Positions 51,601 to 60,419 of a stretch of 64,000 bases of DNA are shown piece by piece (positions within the stretch are counted from its first letter, which is position 1; the number at the start of each line of letters is the position of its first letter). This DNA comes from Orbicella franksi (taxonomy: Eukaryota). The stretch lies in the NCBI GenBank assembly GCA_964199315.1, contig OZ116698.1:19096001-19160000 (forward strand), read 5' to 3'. Below the pieces are notes generated by a model. It was not told where the DNA came from. It searched no databases and worked only from the letters and a program-made list of their open reading frames with translations. Position numbers and translations under genes: made by a program.

Positions 51601-54600
51601 TTAGCAATGGAGAACAATTTTACATAAATAACTGTAAATGAATTTTTGAGCAACCCGTCATGGGTTTTAAAGCAACAGTATCCCTAGTAAACCATAATCA
51701 GAAGTTGTAATTTTAGTATTTTCCCTTCTACATGAAGAAACAAAAAGTCATTAATTTTGTTTTTTCCTTCAACAGCTGAGGACTAAGATTCGAACTCTGC
51801 CCGACAAAAGAGTATCAAACGAGAGGAACCTTTCTAATGAACAAAAACGCTATGACCGCATTCTTGAACTGGCCCCAGCTAAAGAAACTGTGAGTATTTT
51901 TTGCTTTTTGTTTGGTGGGAGTCTTGGAAGTGGTCACTGGTAACAGAGAATACTATTGTATAGTCTGGCCTGCCGAGTAGTGAAGAGCAAAAAAGTAAAA
52001 AGGCAACTGGTTAACCTCCCGCCAGTCAGCATTCTTAGAACGTTTTGATTGTTTACGCTACCTCCAAGCAGCACAGCAGTGCTAAATACACTGACTCTCA
52101 AACAGATTGATTGATTGATTGATTGATTTCTATATTTATTGGTATATTTATTTTTCTCTTTATCCATTTTTCTAGTTGGAATCTCTTGAGAACAATGAAA
52201 TTCCTGACGTTAAATCCAAATTGGAAGAGATAGAAAGAGAAGTGCAAAGAATTGAAGAGGAAATTACTGAGGTACGTTATGTAACAACACTGAGTTATGT
52301 CGTGAAGCTACACTAAACAGAGGGAATGCTGATGGGAAACCCTGCGAGTCATCTATTGCTAGAAAATGCAAGCTCAAGTTTTGGTATGGATTATTTGATT
52401 GCAGCATCAATATGAAAGAAATAAGGAGTTACACAATAGATTGAATCACTGAGACCTCAGGTGATTTTCATAGCCGCCATTAGCAAGCGGATTAAAGACC
52501 ACGTATGAGACATAATAAATATTTCTTGTCTACCAAAAAAGTGGTTTGAAAGTCTTATTTATAATCGCTCATTTCTGTATTGATTTGCATGTATGTATAA
52601 CAATCCAAGAAAAGTCCGTTCCGCATGTACCAAGAATTCATCAGCAACAATTGTTACCAAAAGACAACTTGAGAAAGTGGCTTTCAAAAGCTGATGCATG
52701 AAGCCAATCACTCTGGCTATAGAACATATGCTAGCATTTATGAATCTGCAGGTGCCTGTGTTTTTAACAGAGAATTTATTTGCAACAGCAAAACGGCGAA
52801 GGTTGGCGAAAGATGATCAGTAATTGGCTTAACTTCGTAAGTCTGTTTCTCTTCAGCTTGAAGACCTTCAAAGCATAACTGAAAGTGAAGAACAGAGTGC
52901 CCGACAAATGGAACCAGACATCCGCATGTTGGACAAGTACAAGACAGAGCTGAAGGAAATGGACAGGAATATATCTTTGCTGCAGTCCAAGCTACATGGA
53001 GTTGGTTAGTCCTGGTTATATAATGCACTATGCCTAATGCGGGGGTTTTATTAACATTTTCAGCAGGAAGGCAATTGGTTTTCACAGTATCAGAAAACCT
53101 TTCTTCTAGATGGTCAAACCAGGCAGGCAAAATCACAGCCGTTCCGCGGCCCTCATTGAAACTCGACTATGGTCACTGTTCCAATTACTGTAGTGTAATG
53201 TGTTCTTTACATCTATCGATTTTCACCTTATTCATTACCAAGGGACCGTTCATTTTTTATGAGGTAGGGGGGGCTGGTGGGATTTGGGGGGGGGGCATGC
53301 GAAAAAAATGGCTTTCGAGGGGGGGGGCCATCCCAAAAAAATAAGGGAAAAAGGGGGGGGTCACGTGAAATACTTTAGTAAAACTTTAAAATGGCATAAT
53401 GTCTGAATATCAAAAAATTGCTATAGAATAAACATAGAAGGCAGGATACAAATGTATTACAAACTTTCCTTCTGCTTTAAAAAAACGTTTGGCGACAAAA
53501 AGCATTTGTAGATACTGAAACAAAGTATTTAACACTGTTATTTTGGAATGCAACTTTCATTGGCACTCATCTTCATCTTTGCTGTCGTCGAGTTCTTCGT
53601 CGCCGCTTGTGCTGCTATGGGAGTCTCTTTCACCAATGCTGCAAGAAGCAGCAATGCTTTCCGTCAGAGTGTACTCTTCAGGGTACATGAAGGTGTAAAC
53701 ACAATCTCTGAGTTCCTGCTCAAGGTTGGTGGTGATTCTGCTTCTTGCAGCATTGGTGAAATAATTCCCTTCCAAGAGCTGTGCGACGTATGGCCCATCT
53801 CTTCTAAATAACGACGTGGCAACATCCTCAACCTTAATACACTCTTCCGGGACGGCCGCTCTAGGAGGGTACACAAGGCATTGTGGAAGATCATTTCCTA
53901 GCGGGTTTCCAACACAGATTCCATAAACTCGTTGGACGTTGTTTTCAGTCCGCTTGCTCTTTCTTTCATTTGACTTTCTGCGGTTTTCTTTTTTCCTTCT
54001 CCTTTTGTTGACGTGCTGTTTGAGTATGCCCTTGAATATGCTGTTATGATTGCTCTTCTTATTTTCTAGTGCTTCCATGTCCTGCGTGACCTTCGTCAAC
54101 TTAGCTTCTATACATTTGATCTGTTTTACATTAAAACTGTGGGCAAATTCTTCGCCCTGCTTTAAAGCAAGCCCATTGGACTGAAAGAGTGTGGAATCGT
54201 GTTCCTTTACATCTTTCAATATGACATTCAACTTTTCCACCATTGCTCTGTGTTCTTTGATGGAGAAGTTCAGTTTTCTTCCATCACTGGGTTTCAACTG
54301 GTACCCTGGCATGGAAAACTCACTCGCCCTTTCTGAACGGCCATCCGCACTTAGAAAGATTGCTTCTTTTTCTTAAACCAGTTCCTGACCATTCCTGCCT
54401 ACCGGAATACCACTACCTCTCCTACCAGAAGACCCCAAAAGAAGGGCGTGATCCAGATGACTGGCAGCCAAGGGTCCAAGCGAAGAAAGAGCATGGAAGT
54501 GGCAGGCTGGTTTTATCTCACCCGGAGAGCGTTGCTCTATTTGCAGATAAGTTTATTGTCAAATCAAAGTTTGTGGTGGATTATCTTCAGCATCGTGAAG

Positions 54601-57600
54601 TGCTGGAATTAAAAAGGAAAAGAGAGCAGAAGAAAAGGCAAAGTTAAGTAGGGACGCAAAAGATAAATCATATGAGGATTATCCTTGGACTGAGTTGTGC
54701 GAAGATCTAACCAAGCTTAAAACGCTACGTGTTCCAGAACTAAACAAGTACTTGAACCACCTCGGGCTGAAGCAGCATTTGAAAAGCAGCAAGAGTGAGA
54801 AATTAAAGGCAATTGTAAGACATTCATGCTTGTAGCAGAAGAGTCCTCTCAGAGCTGGCCAACCAACACTGACAAATGCCAGGACATTGACACAAAATGA
54901 CAACAGGGCAAGTGCTGACAGCAGTGAAACGGATGAAAGTGACAATGATGAGTATGACAGTGATGCCATTGACTCTGGGGGAGAAGATGACTCAAGTAAC
55001 GTCATTCTTGCATTCATCAATTCAGATGAGGAAGATGCCAATGAGAGGCCAAATGCCACACGCTCAGGGCGAGCCATAACTAGGAGATCCGAAATTGACT
55101 TCTCTTTCTTTTGATTTGTTTTTTAAACAACAGCTCTCTGTAGTATAGGGATTGTAAATATTGTCTTCATAGTGAGCACAATAACGTGAAGTAGGGGGAT
55201 AATAGAGAAATATTAGAAAAGTTGAAATCTAAATATTGTTTGTTCAATTTTTTTTTTTGGGGGGGGGGGTCATCCCAAAAAATTACCGCTATAAGGGGGG
55301 GGGGGCATGTGAAAAGATTGGTAAGCTGAGGGGGGGTCATGTGATTTTTAAATGGTGCTTCCCAAATCCCACCAGCCCCCCCTCCCTCATAAAAAATGAA
55401 CGGTCCCCAAGGTGACAAGTCACATAGTTGATAACCCAATCAGTTCAGGAAATGCGTTTCAAAGCTGTCAACTGGGATTCCATCGTTTTCAATGACTTTC
55501 TCTTTCACAAGAGAACGCCTACTCTTTAGCAGCGTAGTTTTTAACCATATGTTAACTACATTTCTCTGTAGCTCCTGGTCGCACCATGCAGTCGGTGTCT
55601 AACGAAATCGCGGACAGACAAGATCGATCGTAAGTGTCAATACGAACAACTTGCAACGAATTCGTTCCCCATCCTTCTCAAACTCATCAATAATTCATCA
55701 AGATAAAACAAAGAAAATCACAAACGTGAAGGAGATTTGGATTCCCGGTCTTAAGTAGCATAGATTTTGACGATTTTACTTCTCCGTTTACTCCTTAGTT
55801 TTTGTTTCGATTGAGAAGATATATCAAACACTCGAGACAGTGTTTCATCGGCTATCCAAACACCTCGAATTTCGTCAAAAATACTCCGCTGCGCGTCGTA
55901 TTTTCAACTCTCTTCTCGGTGTTTGGATATCCCGATGAAACACTGTCTCTCGTGTTTGATATATTGCTTGAACGATGGGCACTGGGAACAGGGTTGGCGC
56001 TTGAGTCTTCTCCCCTTGCTACCAATATCTGAGTTTTTCTTGATTTCATGGTTTTATGTTTTATGTTGTAACCCCAAAGTGTGAAGACATGGTTGATCAT
56101 CGCAAGTATACACACAACTTTTAAAAGCAGTTGTGAAATTAAAGCCTGAACGGGCTTCGAACCCATGACCTCTGCGATACCGGTGCAGTGCTCTACCAAC
56201 TGAGCTATCAAGCCAACTGGGAGGTGATCACATTGTGAGTTCGTAATACACCCGCAGATGTTGAAGAATGCAAATGAATATATGAAAGATCATATATCTG
56301 AACTGCGGAGAAAGATATGAAGACATGATTGATCATCGCAGTTATACACACAACTTAAGCGACTTAATAACTGCGATGATCAATCATGTCTTCATATCTT
56401 TCTCCTCAGTTCAAATATATGATCTTTCATATATTCATTTGCATAACCCCAAAGTGTCATCACATGGTTCTAGTGAGAGGCCTAGTATTGTTTCTAGCCG
56501 TTAATTAGAGCTATCGCGCTAACTTCATTGGAATTCAAACCAAATTAGTTTTCGTTGTGAAGTCAACTCTCTCGCGCATGAGTTTCTTCGTCTTTTTACT
56601 TTGACTTTTAACCGTCAGGGACACTCTTAACAACAACGTTGACAGAAAAAGATCACAGCTGAGCCAACTACAACGGCAAATTAGTGAGCTGGAAAGTAAC
56701 GTACATGATCTCAAGTCACAGAAGGTAAAATGATTCGCAAAGAATCCTTCGTAGGAAAAAAAAAAGATGGCGGCTGTACATTTTACCGCAATACCATGGG
56801 AACCTAACACAGCCCATTAGGCATAAGGAAATCCATATTTTTACACTGTGTATACAAGATTTGAAGATTATAATATAGAACATTTCTCTACGTTTTTTAT
56901 GAGCCTTGTTAAGGCTAAGAATTATACGCTAAGAATTATGGGTACATGTACAAGTCGCCATGTTTATTTTTTTCCTGCAGAGGATTCTGGTTGTCAATTT
57001 GATATTTAGTAATCCAATCTGATTTACTTGCTGTTTAATTTTGAATTCTTCTAGCTACGCCTAAAAGCTCAGTTACAGACGAGAACACACTTGGAGCAAC
57101 AGAAAGCTGAACTCACCGCAAACAACAGTGCCTTTACAAGAGAGATTAAGGTTAGTCACAGATCTCAAAAATAGGTCCGCGTTGCGTGCATGTATGTACT
57201 GAAACTCTAACACATGCATGAATACATGAAAAACAATCAAAAGGATAGCAAGTTATTGTGGACAGTGGTGGTCAGTGATAAGAGAACATAAACTCCTTGC
57301 TTTCTCCTAGCCCAGTAAAGTGGTTGCATTGTTGAAAGAAGAAGTCGTTATCAGTAGTGTTTGAACTGTGGCTGTAATTTTTATCTTTTCAAAATTTACT
57401 CGAGCCGAGACAAGTTTAATGAGCTATTGATTTCTTCATATACTTTTGATTCCGTTACAGGAAGCAGAGACTGAACTAACTCCTATTGCTGTGAGTAGAG
57501 ATTTTTAACCCGTTTACCGTTTGTGCAGCTTTTGGTGTAGACATTCTGTCCTCATTTGTTCCTTTATGCTAGAAATTTTAATGGCAAAAATAGAAGGGTC

Positions 57601-59145
57601 TGGGTGAATGACTGGTAACTAAGGCCTCGTAGTAAGTTCCATGTGTAATTAACGCAAATCCCAGATGAAAGGTTAACATTTTTTCTCCTTTGCTTACCGT
57701 TTCACTTGTCTGGCGACGAAAAGCACCAGTTTCCCTAGAAAATATTTTTTGAAGGTGATTTTGTTTTTTTTTCGGTGCATGGAACTTTTCACCTGGTTGA
57801 CGCGAAAACAGTGTTTTAGTCCCAAAGTTTTCTACGTCGTGCTAAAGGAGGTACCTCATTGACCGCGCGGCCAAAACGGTCACATTACAACCCTGCAAGG
57901 TAAATAGGTGTAGCAACTCGAAATGCTACGGCCATCATGACCTACAGTAGAGTTGAGAAAAGAGGTAGACATGGACACGGACATTGCTTTTTACCACATA
58001 AAGACATTTGATCCTGTGTGAAAGCTGCTATACACTTGCATATCCTGGAACATGTCAACAGTTTAACTAGCTTCATGACGTTCCTCGTCTTTCAGGCAAG
58101 ACTTGAAGAGCTCCAGGCTCAAAAACTGGGCGTTGTCAGTCAGAAGGAAGCTGCGGACGATGGGAATCGCAAGTTGGTTAGTGCAGATTTTTTTGTTTGT
58201 TTAATAGGTAACACTTATTCACCGAAGTGGAGGTAAATATCCACCGCTTTCACCGAGACTGATTTGAATCTGCCACACAAGCTGAATAATTAGCGAACCT
58301 ACAAATGACTTTATTTCTTTCTGATAATAAACCGACGAACTGTCGGAAATTTCGAAATCTCTGCTCGGAGGTTCATATAGTACGCTGCTTATCGCCTCCA
58401 AGTTAACCAATTTAAAACGCGTGGAAAGCACTATTCTATGGCCTTTACGATATCACATCCATATGATAGGTTTTCACATGACGTCTTGGCGGACAAGTGA
58501 GCTGTTCTCAAACAATGGGATTTCCCAATGTAAAAATGTGGTATTATCATGGAACACAATATGGCCGGCGTGAACTTAAATTGATAGATTAGTTATTTCG
58601 TTTTACGGTGGAGAAAAGGGAAGACCACTTTTTGCGGTCGCTCCTCCATGGTCTTTCTTCTGCGTGATCAAAATTTAGGTTTAGATACATATTGCCCACT
58701 TGGGACAAGAGCGAAACCTCCTCCAACCTTATCTATCTCTACGCTTTTCAAAGGGGCTCTACCTGTACTGTTATTGAAATTCAAAACATTTTTATATCAG
58801 TTATTTTATTCAGTAAATGGTTTGAACCCAGGAGTATCAGTAGTTCGTATAGTGTGATCGTCCGGGTGAGTGTAGTTCTGAAAAGAACTGTTGATCAATC
58901 AATCACCAATCACGTTCAACGGATCAGACTTATAAGATCATCGACCGACAAACACTATTCACTTGACTCTGAAGATGACTTCCGCTCAGGTTGTCGAAAC
59001 GTCAGTCACCAACAACAGTTCTTTTCAGAACTACACTCACCCGGACGATCACACTATACGAACTAGTTATTTTATTGTTTTCACAGCTTAACGAAATAAG
59101 GACGAGCGGAGACAAAGTGCATGAAAAAACCGCTGACATAAGACG
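37052..59145 (+). CDS. RAD50: DNA repair protein RAD50, 5' partial (31 exons, 966 codons; continues beyond the window). join(37052..37174,38834..38917,40980..41081,41670..41729,41916..41957,42963..43036,43212..43271,43594..43639,44147..44215,44395..44484,45128..45188,45561..45638,45816..45892,46233..46334,46875..46944,47186..47286,47656..47760,48208..48309,49034..49245,49823..50005,50134..50259,50814..50958,51776..51889,52176..52271,52857..53004,55572..55629,56619..56724,57055..57150,57461..57490,58096..58176,59087..59145)
   Basis: N-terminus [15 protein letters not shown]...[13 protein letters not shown] (Walker A); [16 protein letters not shown]; FVHDPK; [26 protein letters not shown] (Q-loop); [16 protein letters not shown]; coiled coil; zinc hook GCPLCHRTF (exon 50814..50958). 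All 30 junctions are in phase. Signature and Walker B exons were not found before 64000. Confidence 0.96.
39425..40875. mobile_element. Three decayed MITE-like copies with (T/G)CGAC/TTGAC subterminal repeats (~39425..39770, ~39795..40030, ~40590..40875) in RAD50 intron 2
   Basis: Two start with GGATCAT.TGTACT; dense GTCGAC/GTTGAC/GTCAAC words. Confidence 0.5.
41415..41595. mobile_element. MITE with TAG...CTA termini and 8-bp TSD CATGATCA (hAT-like)
   Basis: TAGCCTGCAGAACA / TGTTCTGCAGGCTA; CATGATCA at 41407..41414 and 41596..41603. Confidence 0.85.
44514..45003. mobile_element. Tc1/mariner-type MITE, 490 bp, TA TSD
   Basis: TIR CAGTGAAACCTGTAT(C/T)AAG, 18/19 identical; TA at 44512..44513 and 45004..45005; GTGTCCGCTTAA subterminal repeats. 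Confidence 0.9.
48092..48128 (+). mobile_element. Fragment of the same Penelope-type hammerhead repeat (3' half only)
   Basis: CTCAGGTTGTCGAAACGTCAGTTACAAACAACAGTTC matches ~58985..59021; the CUGAnGA core is absent. Confidence 0.7.
48609..48653. repeat. (GTCT)n microsatellite, ~11 units
   Basis: Direct reading. Confidence 0.95.
53557..54372 (-). CDS. Transposon-borne ORF of unknown function (open for ~270 codons; 251 aa from the first Met), coiled/basic middle and acidic C-terminus; probably the 3' part of a longer gene
   Basis: The frame stays open upstream of the Met at 54312 to a TAA at the junction near 54375. It lies wholly inside the TIR element. Confidence 0.55.
   Translation of the reverse strand, partial: EKEAIFLSADGRSERASEFSMPGYQLKPSDGRKLNFSIKEHRAMVEKLNVILKDVKEHDSTLFQSNGLALKQGEEFAHSFNVKQIKCIEAKLTKVTQDMEALENKKSNHNSIFKGILKQHVNKRRRKKENRRKSNERKSKRTENNVQRVYGICVGNPLGNDLPQCLVYPPRAAVPEECIKVEDVATSLFRRDGPYVAQLLEGNYFTNAARSRITTNLEQELRDCVYTFMYPEEYTLTESIAASCSIGERDSHSSTSGDEELDDSKDEDECQ
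54376..55114 (+). pseudogene. C-terminal remnant of a probable transposase ([12 protein letters not shown]...DDWQPR; SAP/HeH-like [18 protein letters not shown]; acidic tail)
   Basis: Colinear peptide pieces broken by a 1-nt frameshift near 54635 and a TAG near 54833. The transposase call is inferred from position inside the TIRs. Confidence 0.55.
55817..55964. repeat. ~150-bp imperfect palindrome (hairpin-type interspersed repeat)
   Basis: ATATATCAAACACTCGAGACAGTGTTTCATCGG.TATCCAAACACC vs GGTGTTTGGATA.CCCGATGAAACACTGTCTCTCGTGTTTGATATAT. Confidence 0.85.
56083..56443 (-). mobile_element. tRNA-bearing short retroelement: inverted segment + A-B-tRNA-A partial tandem; 14-bp TSD
   Basis: TAACCCCAAAGTGT at 56069..56082 and 56444..56457. 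~56269..56350 and ~56365..56443 are inverted copies. The A segment is directly repeated at ~56083..56125 and ~56319..56360. Confidence 0.85.
56143..56214 (-). tRNA. Pseudo-tRNA (Thr, GGT anticodon) inside the repeat; not a functional tRNA
   Basis: 72-nt cloverleaf GGCTTGA/TCAGGCT, D arm GCTC/GAGC, T arm ATGGG/CCCGT; A box TAGCTCAGTTGG, B box GGTTCGAAGCC. Position 33 is C instead of U, and G34 Thr tRNAs are not normal in eukaryotic cytosol. Confidence 0.6.
58811..59065 (+). mobile_element. Penelope-like element 3'-end insertion with inverted 5' segment; 53-bp perfect inverted repeat; 11-12-bp TSD
   Basis: 58841..58893 is the exact reverse complement of 59013..59065. (A)GTTATTTTATT is repeated at 58799..58810 and 59065..59076. 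The insert contains a hammerhead motif. Confidence 0.85.
58964..59008 (+). ncRNA. Minimal type I hammerhead ribozyme (Penelope-type); predicted cleavage after C59003
   Basis: Stem I UGACU/AGUCA; core CUGAAGA(U); stem II GAC/GUC with inner CC/GG; GAAA; helix III reduced to palindromic ACGU; GUC cleavage triplet. This matches the dimer-dependent minimal hammerheads described in Penelope-like elements. Confidence 0.8.
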
Positions 59146-59705
59146 GTAAGTCGAGTGTGCAACATCTTCATTAAACGAAATTTGCGTATTGAGGATAATG
59201 TCTTCATGACTCATCAAGTTCCCAGAAATACCGTCAAGAGACGACATTTACTAAAGAGAATGAATGTTTCAGGATGCTGTGACACAAGCTATTTAACTCC
59301 AAACTCCAAAGAGAGTCGAAATAAGACCTTCCCAGCTGCGTTCAGACACTCAGTGCTACCCTCTATCTGTAGTTTTATTTACCTTTTGCAAGTTTAGCGT
59401 GTGAACGCTACAAGACAAGTTCGAACTTAGGAAATGCGTCTGGTTATTGGACGTGACAAGGGTTGCGTCTTATGGCCGACACAATAAGTGAACGACCGAA
59501 GAGCTATCTCGACATGGGACACGTGCTTAGAAATATGACAAGAAATTATCCACACATTGTCATTCCTGTAACTCCTTCAGAGAAACCGGCTAACGTACTA
59601 CACATCCACTATTTACACAGCTAACAGGCAGATATGTTGCGAATTTAAAGTCTAGTTTTATAGTTTAGGTGTGAACAAGCATTTTTTTTCTCCCAAAACG
59701 TCAAT

Positions 59706-60370
59706 TTACGGAGTGTTACGCCTTAGACTGTTTACAGTTCTGTTATTCTGTGGCTCGTTGTCCTGGTGAAATGTTCCCAGCTGCATCGAGGGTGCGTCCT
59801 CTACTAGACTACTTCTCTCTGGCCTTGTTTTTATGACAATTACAAAGATCAGCAACACAAAACTAAACTCATAGCTTCTTAAAAGGAATGAAACACCAAA
59901 CCTGATCCAGATTGAGTTCTGGTTGAATTCTAAACCTCTTATAGCACCAAAATTACCAGCAGACACACACATAACCAGCGTTAAAGAAATTGCGGTAACC
60001 ACAGATAAGTAAAGGACAGTAGCACAATATTCTTGAGTCTTTTTTGTCTGCGAGAATTATTCGTCTGTCGCGAAGATCTCGAGTTACGCGAAATTCTAAG
60101 ACCAGCCACCGCGTATCCGACAGAAATCAATGTCCCCCGAATATACAGGGTCAGATTTGAAATAAAACGCCAGAATTCCCTGTCTGCGAATACAACCAGA
60201 AAGTTAGACGTAGCCAGGATTGTCGTGAAGGCAGCTGTAATGGAGAGCAGTACCCAGACGTTTTGAAGGCGATGAGACGCAAGTGTAATCTTGGTTGTCT
60301 CGAGTAGAATTAACAGCAGTATGCTGTAGGCGGACAAATTAAACGCTAGTGAAAAGCTATAGAGCATCAC
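59706..60370 (-). pseudogene. Frameshifted, 5'-incomplete multi-TM (7TM-like) coding remnant resembling the PRRT3/PRRT4-type family that is expanded in corals; nested antisense in RAD50 intron 31
   Basis: Two overlapping ORFs (59981..60370, 59706..60002) join by a 1-nt frameshift near TTT ACT TAT CT GTG GTT and give consecutive hydrophobic helices (LSAYSILLLILLETTKITLA; GTLISVGYAVAGLRI; LVMCVSAGNFG; FLLRSYEFSFVLLIFVIV). Family call is from recalled similarity, not a search. Confidence 0.65.
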
Positions 60371-60419
60371 TGCAGTACCAGGAAGGGGAATTCATACAGA
60401 GGCTTTAACTGCCAACTGC

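Larger units (their letters stand above)
53242..55407. mobile_element. Internally deleted DNA transposon, 2166 bp, 47-bp TIR starting GGGACCGTTC, 3-bp TSD CAA (Zator-like by termini/TSD), in RAD50 intron 25
   Basis: TIRs 53242..53288 and 55361..55407 match at 46/47; CAA at 53239..53241 and 55408..55410; G-rich subterminal repeats; two divergent gene remnants meeting near 54375. Confidence 0.85.

Noticed and set aside
56143-56214. Functional tRNA-Thr gene
   Set aside because: C at position 33, A-C mismatch in the anticodon stem, atypical G34, and location inside a TSD-flanked repeat.
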